Part shown: positions 10,671 to 23,460 of the stretch, one piece after another | How the letters are laid out: every line of letters begins with the position of its first letter | Position numbering within the stretch: position 1 is the first letter of the stretch | Assembly: GCA_013239625.1 (NCBI GenBank) | Contig: MU054145.1 | Span: forward strand, 1-36,110 | Direction: 5' to 3' | DNA from: Lama guanicoe | Lineage: Eukaryota | Length of the DNA stretch: 36,110 nucleotides | Notes under the pieces: model-generated | Database searches by the model: none | Seen by the model: only the letters and a program-made list of their open reading frames with translations | What the model was told of the DNA's origin: nothing | Position numbers and translations under genes: made by a program

Positions 10671-11739
10671 GTAAGAGGAGATTTATCATGACTTCAACCA
10701 TCAATAAATTAATCATTATACAATTAACTCAATTATCTACAAAAGTCAAATGATATCAAAGCTTCATCAGTGATAGCTATGAGGAAAAGGCAGAAGTGAG
10801 GATGTCTTATGATTAATACTTTGAAAAAGGTGGCTAATATCATAATGTTTGCTCTAAGACATTTTACTTCCAGGGAAGTATTTGGGAGTAAAATAGAAAG
10901 GAGCAACGTAGAGGGTCATATACATATACCTTGAACAAATACCAACAACAGATTTTTTTTAATCATTTGATCATTTTTTTAATCATTTGGATTTAATCCA
11001 AATCTAGAATGTTAATTACTAATTTCATTAAGGCAATGAAATCATCATGAAATTCAGGGACAGGTCAGTTAAACCATTTATAGACATCTGGTGAATTTCC
11101 TTCAGTTTTTGCTCTAAAAAAGGAATTGTTCTCAGTTCATCTACTGACCTAAAAAGAATTTATTTTTCTCCCACCTACAACTGATGGTGACAATTGCCCT
11201 TAAGGTACCTTTTTAGGTGTGTCAGATCAGAGAAAGTGGCATATTAGTAGCCCTAAAGCTATAGGCTGTTTTTCATATCTTAGTGTTAGATAATCTAATT
11301 AATTCATTATCTACTACAGCACTGTATTTCCACCAGCTTCAGGGCATCCCTTTATGACACAAAGGATTTAGTATCACAGTAGAAGCATTTGTTGTGTTAC
11401 TCCTTAGTCCCATAAAATGGTCTGTTAACAGAAAGAAGGCTTACTAGTCGCCTGTTATGTACAAATAAGAATCAATGGATGGTACAACATACTTCTTTCT
11501 CACTGTCACCCTCTGTCTTAAGAGCCCCCCACCCACCTTACCTCTCTTCCTCTATTCTTTCCTCATAACTGCTCGACCTTTATCTCTTCCTCTGCCCTTC
11601 CCTCCTCCTACTCCTCACTATCCTGACTCTGTCCTGGAGGATGCTGCCAGATCCTCTCAGTACTGTTTCTCCCTGGATCATTTTGGAGGAATGGCATTAA
11701 ACCTCGAAGATCTGGAACATCTTTGAGGGTTTATGGCTC

Positions 11740-12040
11740 CATGTTATGCCATATAAACCCATCTTTTCCTTCTAATATTTTCAAGGTATTATAACACTGG
11801 GGTTAATCATGTAGGCAACGGAGTCAGACTGTTAGGGTTGAAATCTTGGCTCCCGTACTTCCTAACTTTGGCCTTGGCTAATTACTCAGCCTCTATGTGC
11901 CTCACATTCCACTGCTCTAAAATCGGCATCATCATACTACCTCCCATCTCAGAGAACTGGTGTGAGGGTTGAGTGAGTTAATGCATGTAAGAAGCTTTTA
12001 TTAGCGCCTGCCACTCAATAAACATAAACAGTTGTTGTTA
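11740..12040 (+). mobile_element. MIR SINE
   Basis: ggagtcagactg...ttactcagcctctatgtgcctca...gtgagggttgagtgagttaatgcatgtaa...ctcaataaa. Confidence 0.8.
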
Positions 12041-12559
12041 CTACGGACTGAGGATCCAGTGCTCTTATGGTGCCTGAAGGTGACTCTGGGTCCGCCAGAG
12101 TAACACCTGAAGTGCCTACCCACCACTCATTTAATGTCTTCAGCACCATTCTCACTGGCCTTCCTACTATCTGGTAAGAGCTAATATATCCGATCACCTA
12201 ATTGGTACTGTAGCTAGAGATAACTGTCATTGATGAAGTAACAGGATTTCTCATAGGGAACATGTGCCGTTAGAGGTGTCTTCTGGAGACAGTGCCTTAT
12301 GATAAATGAATAGCCAGTGGAGGGTTCAGTAGCCATCTCTGTGTGGGCATAGCCCTGTCTGCAGCTGAAGCATTACTCTCTTTACCTTAATGGGTAGGAT
12401 TTGCAAATTAGCACCCTGGAAGTGGAAGTTCTTTCATCTCAAAAGAATTGAGTTTTCAGGTGAAGCAAACTGTTACGAGGTGAGATTAGTGCCTCAGTCA
12501 TGGGGTCTAGAAAAAAGCCATGATTCACCATGAGATGAATCCTTTCTGTCCCACACTCC

Positions 12560-12790
12560 AGGTGGTAGTAAACCACTGGATTCTGTCTGATCTTTGTTTA
12601 CAATGTCTGTCACATCTGTCCCTTTCCATACCATTCCGTGTTTCTTCATTAATGCAATAGTCTAATTAACCCTCTCTCTAGTTTTTCCTCTCATCTGATC
12701 CATCCTGTGTGCCTCTGTCACATTAATCTTTCCAAAGCTCTGAAGTTACTCTCCAGCAGACTCCCTACTCCTAAAGAACGTTTTCCTTGG
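12560..12790 (+). mobile_element. L2 fragment
   Basis: Pyrimidine-rich L2 motifs (tgcaatagtctaattaaccct, aatctttccaaa). Boundaries approximate. Confidence 0.4.
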
Positions 12791-13692
12791 CCTCCCATTC
12801 AAAACCCTCCACCCTCTCCCATAGGAATAAGTGATCCAGGGAGGCCATAGAATTGGATTTCTTGGAGGTAGCTAAGGAGTGATCCATGTTTACAGGAATA
12901 CAGAAAGACAGAAGAGAGATGTCCCCCAAATCTCTCTAATGTTATCAGCCTTGCTTGCTGGACACAAAATTCCTGGGTAATGTGCTTTCCAAGGCGGTGC
13001 TCAGCAACTGAGTGGGAAGGGCAAGGATAATTCCCACCTCTTTCCACAAGGGGGCAGCAAACACCAACTGTGGGGTTCGGACGCTAGCAAATCTGCCAGA
13101 GGGAGCGCAAGGTTAGGTGACCTCTTATATTTTCCTACTGAGATGGGATCCAACTGTCCCTCAGGTGAAGGTCAAATTCCAGAAGCACCCTGGGACCTTG
13201 GTGGAAATGCAGCTATCTGGTCTTCACCCAGGTAATTTTGATATAGTGTTCTTTAGACGCACTCTGAGAGGCAGTGATACAAAACAGAACCAGCGTTGTA
13301 CCCTTCACTTCCACACTGTTCATACCTTTTCTTAGGCTATGGCCAGTTTTTAATGCCATTTTCCTTCATCTCTGCACCTGGGAAAATCCTTTCCATTCGT
13401 AAAGGCTATTGCAAATGCAGCTTTCTCTCCGATGTCTTTCCAGGGCAGTATCTCCTACCCCTCAACAGATTATTGCTTCTGAGACAGTGGATAGGTTGGA
13501 TATGGAGGTCTCAGTACTGGGGGAGGGGCATATTAGGGGCACTGTGATGGGACTGCTGGAAGGTGGGTTTCTAATTTTTGCATTGAGGTTTTGCAGTTGT
13601 TTGTTGGCTTGAGTTAAAATCAACCCAAGTGCTAGCAGCTGCCTAAAAGATTTGGCGAGTACTTCACATTTCAGGCCTCCCATGGGTTAGAA

Positions 13693-13860
13693 CAGCGGTT
13701 CCTAGTTGTGCAAATTGCAGTCACCTAGGGGTATTTATAAACTGATACCTGGGCCCCATCCCCAGACATTCTGACTTAATTGGCATGGAGTGTAACTCGG
13801 GACTAAGTATTTTTAAAACCTCCTTAGGAGATTCTAATGTGCATCAATGTTTGGGAACTT
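13693..13860. mobile_element. MER5A/B hAT-Charlie DNA transposon fossil
   Basis: cagcggttc...tcacctagggg...gggccccatccccagacattctgacttaattgg...gattctaatgtgca...tttgggaact. Confidence 0.8.
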
Positions 13861-14689
13861 TGGATTAGAGTGAGAGAAGTAGATCTAACACAATTTGGGA
13901 GGACTGTCAGCCATGTCAGTGTGTCAGACTTGGGATGGGGAGAAGGGGAAGTGAATTGATTCCCAGTAGTCACTTCTGTAAGGGCAGCTGTAGGGGAGAG
14001 GGATTGGTAACAATGAGGGAGCTATCTAATTGAGCATGTATCACTGAAGGTAAGTTCTATAAAAGCAGATCATTGGCGGGGATGCACATGATGAGTTAGG
14101 AGTCATCGTTACAGCTTATAAGTGGTAGATATGAACCTAGAATTTAAACCAGCGATACCAGTTGTATCTGGCCCCAAGCACACAGTCTTATGTTTTCCAC
14201 CATTTATCAAATTTAATATTCATCAGGGGCCCCGGAAATATTGTTAAAAACACAACTCCTTGGACCCTACCCCCTAGCAAATGTTTGTGCAGGTGGTGGC
14301 TGTTATTTTTAGCCACCACTTAGTCTTTTTGTTTTCCAGAAAAACTTATCTTGAACTTTGATATATAAAACAAATAAAAGCCAAGCTGATTGAGTTCAAG
14401 CAGAAGTTTGGGAGTTCAGTTTAAACCAATCTGCAACCTCTTTAACCCAACCCATCCTCTAAGACAAGACCTTGAGGCTTCTCCTTACTATTTGATATCC
14501 ACTTTGTGAATCCCTCCTAAATGTTAAGATGCAGTTCCATAGTTCTAGAAAAATAATCTACAGAAATATTTGCACAATTGTGGAAGAGTAAATATACAAG
14601 AGTGTTAATTCAGCACCGTAAAAGTGGAAACATTTTTAAAGATAATGAAAATGTCAATCAATGTAGGAATGGTTCAGTCTTTTATGATA

Positions 14690-15500
14690 GTTAAAACACC
14701 TGATGGTTACTGAGCACTTAATATTGCCCAGGCACTGGATGCTTTATGTCTGTTGTCTCATTTATGCCTCTCAACCACCAACTGTGTAAAATGGTGTCAA
14801 AGCAAAAATTGCAACAAAGTTGAATAGGCAGGGAAGACTTTATTCAAGGCTTTTGTAACAGAGGAGAGACGTCAGAACTCAGTCTGAACTCAATTCTGCT
14901 GAAACAAAGGGTGGGGAGCAGTTTAAGCCATGGAGTGAACTAGTGGAGAAGTACTGGAGGACATTAGTGGGCGTTATGGCCATGTGTTTGCTCATTGGCT
15001 TTATCCAAAGGCAAAATCAACTCATATCTTTATGACAGGAGATAGTTTTATTGGTTGAACAAGACACCCACCAAAGTTAAGCTCCTGCTCTCCCATAGAG
15101 ATCTGGAGAAAGGGGTGCTGGCTTTCTTGATTACATTTCAAAAGGGTGGCTCCTGGATCCTTGAGAAAGACATACCTGGGTTGTAAAACCTGGCAATGGA
15201 CTTTTAGAAAGATTTACATCTCAAAGGAGCCAAGAAATAATTTCTAATTACAAATTCTGTAAAGTAAATGACCTATAAAAGGAAGGTTAGGGGCCTAGAA
15301 TCAGGAAGAAGCCTGTCTGAAGTTTAGCTTAAAGCTGAGGACAACATTAAGGCCATGTTAATCAGTAGAAACTATTATATTATTTCCCTTTTACAGATGA
15401 AGAAATTGAGACTTTAGAGAAAGCAAGGATGTTGCTCAGGATTACACTGCTAGTTAGCATCTGAGTCAGATCAAACTCCTTCTTTGATTCAAGTAACAGC
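14690..15500 (-). mobile_element. MIR SINE split by the MER31 LTR
   Basis: MIR 3' part at 14690-14790 (tactgagcactta...gcccaggcactg) resumes at 15365 (ccttttacagatgaagaaattgagac). Confidence 0.7.
14795..15364 (-). mobile_element. MER31-like ERV1 solo LTR
   Basis: TG...CA termini. tgtcaaagcaaaaattgca...gactttattcaaggc and tcaggaagaagcctgtctgaagtttag match the MER31 consensus as recalled. Confidence 0.8.
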
Positions 15501-15899
15501 AAGTTTAAACACTTTGTGATGCAGCTTTGCTATCCAGGTAATGGTTGACCATGGAGCGTTTGAAAGGCACGAGGTAGATTTATCTGTGCAGACATACAAA
15601 GATGTCCTCAAAAAAGTTAGATTTTTTAGTTATGCAGAAAAATTGATAACTATTTTGTTCAAAACAGACAATAACAATTGAATCAAGAAATCATAAAAGT
15701 CAGTACATTTCTCTCTCTCTCCTGCCCTCCCCAATCCCTTTTGTAGGTCCAAAGTCAAAGGTATGAAATGGGAAAAAGCAAACTCTGGTTACCTCAATGG
15801 GGTTGGAAGTGGGTAGATTTTCACCCAATTCCTGATCATTTGATTTTGATCCTCTTCTGTTTGAACATATATGTTTTGTTTTTACACTTAAGAAGACAG

Positions 15900-16270
15900 T
15901 TTAAAAAGTGAAAAAGGAGAGGGGGGAAAAAGGGAAGAGAAAATGGAAGAGAAAGAGAATGATAGGAGACAGAAATGTAAAAAGGAAAAGAACAGGAGAA
16001 AGAGACAAACAAGAGAGCAATAAAAAGGAAGGGGGAAAGAGGGAAAGAGAGAGGGGGAAGAAAGGATGAGACACGGTGAGAAAAGAGTAGGAGAGAAGTA
16101 AGAGAAATTGTAAACTGGAAAAATGAAAAAAAAAGATAATGAAGTGTCACAGGGGGAAGATAAGAAAATGAAGAGAAAGAAAGGAAAAAAAATAAGAAAT
16201 ATAGGAAAGAAAGAAAAAGGACAAAAGAATGAAAGAAACAGAGAAAGATGGGGGGAAAAAAAAAAAACCC
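15900..16270. repeat. GA-rich low-complexity (polypurine) tract
   Basis: About 370 bp almost entirely A/G on the + strand. Accounts for the F/L/S-rich ORF 15836-16276. Confidence 0.9.
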
Positions 16271-16657
16271 AGCCACTGTAAGTCTGTTACTAAGGGTTTG
16301 GATCCAGGAATTAGGATAGTTTCCTTTAAATACTGATATTCTGTTGACCTAAGACAGGAACTTAGTCAGGGAGGCCTCCTCATATATTTCAAGCACTTTT
16401 GCTTCTTCTCGATTCTTCTAGAAGAATCCAGAATGCCATTCTAGAAGAATTGAGAAGACTGTCTTGAATGTCTAGAGCAGGTGTCAGGTGTGAGTAGGGC
16501 TCTGTGATGACTTTACTCAACCTACTTATTTTCCTCCTAATCATAAGAAAGGAATTATGTGATCTACTCAGAAAACTCTTGTTAGCCCTAACAGGAATTT
16601 ATTGTTGCAGCTTTTCTTTTTCCTATTGATTTCTATAAATGCTGTCATCTTCTCCAG

Positions 16658-16723
16658 GTGAAGGTGACTCCCAGCAGTAGCTCTGGTTCATCTGCTTTTA
16701 CTATTTTCAGCTAGAGGACAAAG
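16658..16723 (+). pseudogene. Exon (66 nt, phase 1/1; EGDSQQ*LWFICFYYFQLEDK)
   Basis: tcatcttctccag acceptor and AAG|gtttag donor. TAG at 16678-16680. Confidence 0.6.
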
Positions 16724-16847
16724 GTTTAGAATTTATTTTCAGAAGTCCTCGTACACTTACCAGAAATAAAAAGATTTAAAAGGAAAACTAAACATTTTAA
16801 AAACAGAGTTTTAAAGTAATTACATAAAACAGCAGTTTTTCTCTCAG

Positions 16848-16998
16848 GCACACAAAAATTCTGCCTCTGCTCTTGTCTTAGAAGCAAAGAACGCTTTTAT
16901 ACCTGGCTCTTCATCCGCATTCTCATTGCTGATACCGTTTTTAAAAATTTCTGTGACTTGTTACTTTTATCTGTAGTGTCCATCTCACTGTATTTAAG
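16848..16998 (+). pseudogene. Exon (151 nt, phase 1/2; TQKFCLCSCLRSKERFYTWLFIRILIADTVFKNFCDLLLLSVVSISLYL)
   Basis: tttttctctcag acceptor and 49 open codons. Donor AAG|gcaaag is either a GC donor or a mutated GT. Confidence 0.6.
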
Positions 16999-17552
16999 GC
17001 AAAGTTCATCATAGAGTGAAAGTATCACTTTAAAGAAAGATTTTGTTGCTATAAAGTACATCTGTAAGGGTGAAAAATATCTAAGTACTTCTAGGTTGGT
17101 ACACTTCACAATAGGGCACTTCCCTCAGTTTTCTCTGTTTATAGCCCACTCGACAGACAAGGTGCTTCTTTAAGCCACAGTTAGGAAGGAAGGTTACTTA
17201 ACTACCCTTGCTCTCAGCTCTAAGTTAGGAAGAGCCCACTGGGTGTACAGGTTTCTTTTATAACAGCCCCTCAAAGGTGTCCTTTTGTTTGGAAATTTAT
17301 GGAGACCATGAAAAGCTTTGTTGGGAATGACTATAAAACAATGGTTCTCAAAACTGACCTTGCCTTTGAATCAACCTGGGGAGCTTGTTAGAAGGATCCC
17401 AGGCCTCACCTGGTTCTTGTTTCACTTTTTTTTTTCTTGCTTCAGTATTCTCATGACTAAATCTTAAAACCTGTTTATGGAGGCTTTAGGTTTTAAGTTC
17501 TTAGCCATCAATCCCTATTGAAGGATTCGAGTCATCTCAGTATGCTGTAGAG

Positions 17553-17861
17553 CAGCCCTGTTCAATAGAAACAGAATGCAAACAACATGTAATTTTAGAT
17601 TTCCTAGTAGCTTCATTGAAAAAGTAAAGGAAACAGGTGAACTCAGTTTGAACTTCATTGAACCTAGTATGGCCAAAATATTATCATTTCATCGTGCAAT
17701 CAATACAAAATATTCATTAATGACATATTTTGCATTTTTAATGGCACTAAGCCTGTGAAATCCAGTGTCTGTTTTACACTTACAGCTCATCTCAGTTTGG
17801 ATTAGCCACATTTCAGGTGTTCAATAGCCAAGTTTGGATACAGTCTACTGTATTAGTGCAG
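17553..17861. mobile_element. MER33-like hAT-Charlie element
   Basis: cagccctgttcaatagaaa...ttttacacttacagctcatctcagtttggattagccacatttcag. Confidence 0.8.
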
Positions 17862-18103
17862 ATCTAGGAGACGGTGCTTGTAACTCTAATCACACTGCTT
17901 CAGATCTTCATCTATATTTTCTTAATGTGCATCATTCCTGCTACACTATAGCAAAGTGCAGTTTCATGGTGTCTGAGCTGAAAGAGATCTCTCATGGTGC
18001 AAGAAAATGGTTACCAGATCATTTCCTGTACAATGTTACTAAATGTTCCCTAGAAAGCAGTAGCTCTTGTGTTTTCTGTTTATTCATTTTTGCCCATATT
18101 AAG

Positions 18104-18220
18104 TGGGTTACATCAACAGTGCTTTACAATGTCTATTGGATATACTGTAAAAAAAAACAAAACCTGATTTCCAAGATGGGATTCCTTTACAGTACGAGAT
18201 ACACAGATCTATATATACAG
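18104..18220 (+). pseudogene. Exon (117 nt, phase 2/2; GLHQQCFTMSIGYTVKKNKT*FPRWDSFTVRDTQIYIY)
   Basis: Pyrimidine tract ending attaag and CAG|gtaatg donor. A single TGA at 18165-18167 (possible CGA to TGA) in the frame matching both neighbours. Confidence 0.65.
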
Positions 18221-18949
18221 GTAATGCTCAGCTGAATAGTCATCTGTGAATAGAAGCAGCGTTAGACGTGCATATGGAGAGACTAGGCAAGGAAATATGA
18301 CCTAGGGAGGCATGAACCTGGAGAAACAGAACATCTAAAATGACATAGACAAGAAAGATGAGCATGAAGATAGGAAAAAAAAGGTATATATTTATTACAG
18401 TGGATCTACATGCTTAAAATCATTGGATTCAAAGAAAAACTGAGTCGGTCTAGTATTTTGGGACATTTTATTAAATGAAAGAATGAATTTCATTATAAAC
18501 CTAGTGACGTATATAGGAATTAGGTATTATAATAAGCAAGCAGCAAAGTCGAACCATGCATTTTGGCATCTCAGAAGGTTAATTTGATGAATTATAATGT
18601 TAGTCCTCGGTTATGAAGATTCACCCATGCAAAATATTGCCTATTTATAAATAGACCAGCATGACTGACCAAAAACTGGGGAGTAAGAGGAATCTACAGA
18701 CTAAATATAGTCATGCCAAACTGTAATTGATGAGGATCTTCTAATTGCCTCTCAAGCAAACTGCATTGTCCAAGGATAGTGATACCAAATTACAAGGGGT
18801 GGGGAGATGAAAACACAGAAGGCAGAGCAGAGGGAAAAAATGACAGAAAATCTTGAGAGTGGGAAAGAAGAATGAGAAATTCCATCAAACAGTGAGAGAA
18901 ACTTTTACAGTAAAGTATAAAAAATAAATCAAGGAAAAACTGCAGGCAT

Positions 18950-19480
18950 TTCAGTTTCAATGCTTTTGATAGTAAGTAACAGAAAATTCAGCTTAAACTG
19001 TTTTATACAATGAAAAAAACATAGTGGCAAAACATTGTTGAAAAGTTGAGGGGCAGGACTTCAGGCAGTTTTATCAGGTCTTTAGTTCAGTTTCTGTGTT
19101 ATTCTTTCAACCCTGCTCTCCTCCATGTGTTGTAATTGTTTTCAGGCTGTTCATTCTTCCTTGTTGTAGCAAAATGGCTGCAGCAATTATAGGATTTACA
19201 ACAGCACACTACACTGATATACAAAAGTCCTGTGCTTCATTCTGAACCAGTCTGAACCAATGTGGTGGCCAGGGGGATGCCATCTATTTGTTGCTTCAAA
19301 TCAGGATTACTGACTATCCATAGTTTAACTGGTATTGCAGAGGAGGTGGCATTGTGTTAATTGGATTATGCTTCTCAGGGCTCACCCTTGTAAAGAAAGG
19401 TCAGTCCCACCCAAATTGTGTGATTGCCACACAATAAGCAAAGGATGGAATGAATGCTGCAGAGACTTCAATGCAGCGTC
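18950..19480 (-). mobile_element. MLT1J/K-like MaLR LTR
   Basis: agtaacagaaaattcagcttaaactg, aaaatggctgcagc and tgaaccaatgtggtggccagggggatg motifs. Confidence 0.65.
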
Positions 19481-20068
19481 CCTTCAGTAAGGTCCCTGAA
19501 TGATATATCTGAGAACCTAGCCAAAGAATTTTCAGTTAATCACCATCTAAACTAAAGAGGAAACCTGGCTTTTATCAACATAATTAGCGGACACCTAAGC
19601 CCTTTGCAAATGAACGGGCCATATTACATTTAGGCACAATTATTGTGAAGACTTTGGAAAGTTATTCTAAATTAAATAAATATTTAATTATTAAATATAA
19701 TCCTTTAAAATATACTTAAACAGAACACACTGGTATCTGCAGCATGATTTTAATAAACATTTCACTGGATGGATGTACTTTGTTTATTGAGTCTCACCAG
19801 TGAAAACCATCTGCTCTGTTTTATTTCTTCCCACATAAATTGTCTTCTATTATGTAGATATATATAATGGAGAGTTAATAATTATCTGATCAATTTGAGA
19901 TCTCTAGAAAGTCAATTCGTATAATTTGAGAGCCTTAACAAACTCTAAAATGTTTATCTTTAATGGTTTTCATTGATAGCAAACCCTGGATACTGGATCA
20001 ATCAAGTGTATTATTTTTGTGAGATTTTCTTTTGTCTGACTGTGTGTGTGTCTAGTGTTGGTCTAGGA

Positions 20069-20364
20069 CAGTGCTATCCAAACAGAAATTTAATATAAGC
20101 AATATATGTAATTTTATATGTATTAGCTACATAAAAAAGTACAAAAGACATTATTTTATTAATATATAATAATGTAATATTTCCAAAACATTATTTCAAC
20201 ATTAATCAAATGAAAATATGAATGAGATATTTTGTCCTTTTTTTCCTATTAAGATTTCAAAATGTGTGTACATTACACTTTCGGCACATATCATTTCAGA
20301 CCAGCTGCAGTTCATGTGTTTAATAGCCCTATGTGGCTAGTGGTTATCATGTTGTAGAGCATAG
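20069..20364. mobile_element. MER33-like hAT element with 8 bp TSD
   Basis: cagtgctatcca...atgtggctagtggtt. TSD gtctagga (20061-20068) / gtctagaa (20365-20372). Confidence 0.85.
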
Positions 20365-21214
20365 GTCTAGAATTATTCATGTTTGTTCTCTCTACAGTCC
20401 AAAGGCTGTTGATATTAGCCAAGAGTACAGTGCACCTTGTACTGTATAGAATTTTCCTCAACATAATATCAATTTTTGCTGCTACTTAGTTTAAAGAAAG
20501 ACTTCTCTTATTTTTGTCCTTGGCACCTACTTTTATATAGTTTATTAATTCTGTGTGCTTAGTCTTTGATAATCCTTTTTTAATGCTAATTTTACCACCT
20601 CGTTCTTATTATCCTTTTATTTATTTAGAATTCATTGAGATGAATGCCAATGACTGCCTTAATTCCACATTCCTTAATATTTTCTCCCTTTCTAAAATTA
20701 ATTTTGTCTGTATTATTTTCATCTGGATACTTTAGACCTTTTGCATTAGCTCAAAATCAGCTTTCCTGAGGAATTTATGGCATTCTCTCCTTTGGTCCAT
20801 ACACAATCACTTAAGAAGCACTTAACATCTAATGATATTTCAAAAATTCCATATCCCCAGCTTCATATATTTGAACTTTATCCAGATTGTCTAAGACACA
20901 TTTTTGTGTATTGATATAGTATGGTAACCAAAGTAACAAATACAATTTCTTCTTCTTCCAAGGTGAAAGTATTTCCAAAAGTCTCTTTATTTGGATAAAA
21001 TTAGTTTATGATTAATATCACTGGGCTATTAGGACATGTTTCAAAAACTGTACCAATATTAAAATGAGGTGGATGAAACATGTCATAGGGTTGTATTTAG
21101 AAGACAACAGATGGAAAAACACATAGTGTATCCTGTGACCTAATCACTTCCCAATATATTTTCGCCTCCCTCTCTTCCTATCCCATCCTATGATTATTTC
21201 ATTGGACTAGGCTT

Positions 21215-21445
21215 GGTAGCAGAAAGTAGTAGTTAAAATTGTGAGCTCGAGTCAGAGCATCTTGGGTTCTTAGCTCTGCCACTCATTAGCTGTGACCTCG
21301 AGCAAGTTTCTTTACTTATTAGATTCTTTGCATGTAAGTTAAGAATGATAAATTTAACTTATCTCACTGGTTATTGAGAATATTCAGCGAAATTATTTTA
21401 TGCTTGCATGTACTTAGCACTCAATAAAGTTCTTTATTATTGCTT
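21215..21445 (+). mobile_element. MIR SINE
   Basis: tctgccactcattagctgtgacctcgagcaagtt...gcactcaataaag. Confidence 0.75.
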
Positions 21446-21599
21446 TTATTATTAATAATAACCAGAGGACTTCAAGGTAATTCTCTTTACTGGAATATAT
21501 CTGCTTCTATCTGTCATTACTAGTGCATTTTGAAAAGTATCTTTACTGGAAAAAGTATCTAAAACTGTGTGGCCAGTAAAACCCATAACTGTAATCACT

Positions 21600-23460
21600 T
21601 TGTATTAGCACAAAAGACATTATAAACATTAATGAAACAAATATTTGAGCCAAGCTAGAAAAAGAACACCAAAAATGACCCAAGAAAAGTAGAAAAGTTA
21701 TTTAAGATGAAAAATAATTAGAAGCACTCCTATAGAACTGTTAAATAAAATCAAAAACCAGTAGTTGTTTTTGTGAAAATAAATTCACCCATCACAGGTC
21801 TGTCTAACCCAGAAAAAAATAGCACATACTTGAACAAAATTAGAAAGGATGAAGGGGATATCAAGAAGAATTTAAAAGTTGAGAAACTGTTGCATAAAAT
21901 TTTATATCAAGAAATTTGCAACTCTAGATTAAGTGAAATTATAAAAAATAAATTGCATAGATTTAAAAAGCTACTCAATAACAGTAAAACGTAAACCTGA
22001 ATGAACCAAAAACAAAAATGAAGAAAATTATTAAAATTATGCCACCTAAAAGACAATAGAACCAATGATTTTACAGTCAGGTTGTATTAAACTTTCAAGG
22101 AAAAGAAAATTCCTGTTGTTTTCCAGAGCAGAGAAACATATAAAAGTTCCCAATTCCTATCACAAGCCTAGTATAACTGTGACACTAGATCCTTACAAGG
22201 AAAGCAGACCAAAGCCAAACTTGCATGTATAGATCAAAAAACTGTTTATTTCCCAGTTTGATTATGAAATAATTGACATACATCAATGTATAAGTTTAAA
22301 GTGTACAACATGATGGTTTGATTTACATATATTGTGAAATGATTACCACCATGGGTCTAGTTAACATCTGTCATCTCGTATAGATTCAATAAAGAGAAGA
22401 AAAATATTTCTCCTTGTGATGAGAACTTTTAGGATTTACTTTCTTAAAGACATTCCTATATATTATACAGCAGTGTTAACTATAGTCATCATGGTGTGCA
22501 TTACATCCCTAGTACTAATTTATTTTATAACTGGAAGTTTGTACTTTTTGACCTCCTTCCTCCAATTCCCCCTCCCCTCAACCTTTGCCTCTGGTAACCA
22601 CAAATCCGATCGCTTTTTCTGTGAGTTTGGTGGATTTTTTTGTTTGTTTGATTTTAGATTTTACGTAAAAGTGAGATCATGATCCTATAGTATTTGTCTT
22701 TCTATTCTGACTTATATCATGACAAAACTGATTTTTGAATGAGAGGATTTGATAATACAAAATGTCTGTTTCCCCCAATTTGATTCACAAATTTAAATGC
22801 AATGCAAATGAGACACCTGGTGGGTTTTTTCCCCCAGAACTTGATAAATTAATTCTAAATTTTACCTGAAAGAAAAGAATGTGTGAGATAAGCTATTTAA
22901 AAATTAATTAGATTAATAAAGACATGGGGCTTGTTCTAGCAGTTATCTAAATATAATATAAGGTACAATAATTAAAGTAATTTGATTCTGGAAGAGGAAT
23001 AAACAGATTATCAATGAAATATAAGAGAGAGACCAGAAACAATGTTCTCATAGCATGTGATAAAGTAGCATTTCAAATCAGCAAGAAAAGGATAGATTAT
23101 TTAATATATTGTAAAGATAATTAGCTATTTGGAAATAAATCAGAACCCCCCCACTTGACTCTGAAATAACAATACATTTCAGAAGTCTTTTAATGTATGA
23201 ACAAAAACTGAAAGTGGAAAATATAGAGGAATGTTTTAGTATTGGACTCAAGAAGGCATTTCTAAGCATGGTGTGAAACTCAGAAGCTTTAAAGCAAAAG
23301 ACCAAATATTTGAGGACATAAACTTGTATATTTTTTTCTCACAGGCAAAATATACTATATGCAGAGTTAAAAGAAATAGCAAACTAGGAAAAATAGATCC
23401 AACACATAGGCCAGACAAGGGGTTACTATACTTGCTGTATGAAGATATATCAAATGACTA
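21600..23460 (+). mobile_element. Old L1M ORF2 fragments, interrupted by a younger antisense L1
   Basis: A-rich L1 ORF2-like text, e.g. aaactttcaaggaa, cccccaatttgattcacaaatttaaatgcaat and aaggcatttctaagcatg. Confidence 0.7.
22245..22720 (-). mobile_element. L1MA-type 3' end
   Basis: taattgacatacatc...gtgtacaacatgatggtttgatttacatatattgtgaaatgattaccac...ataactggaagtttgtac...gtgagatcat. Confidence 0.85.

Noticed and set aside
12144..12173. 30 nt segment with cag acceptor and gtaaga donor, open in all frames
   Set aside because: Too short and frame-ambiguous to place in the exon chain without comparative data.
15836..16276. 146 aa hydrophobic F/L/S-rich ORF resembling a membrane protein
   Set aside because: It is the antisense translation of the GA-rich low-complexity tract.
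18106..18150. GYINSALQCL resembling the Cys box of USP deubiquitinases
   Set aside because: It lacks the catalytic GNTC motif, is followed by a stop, and no other USP motifs appear in neighbouring exons.
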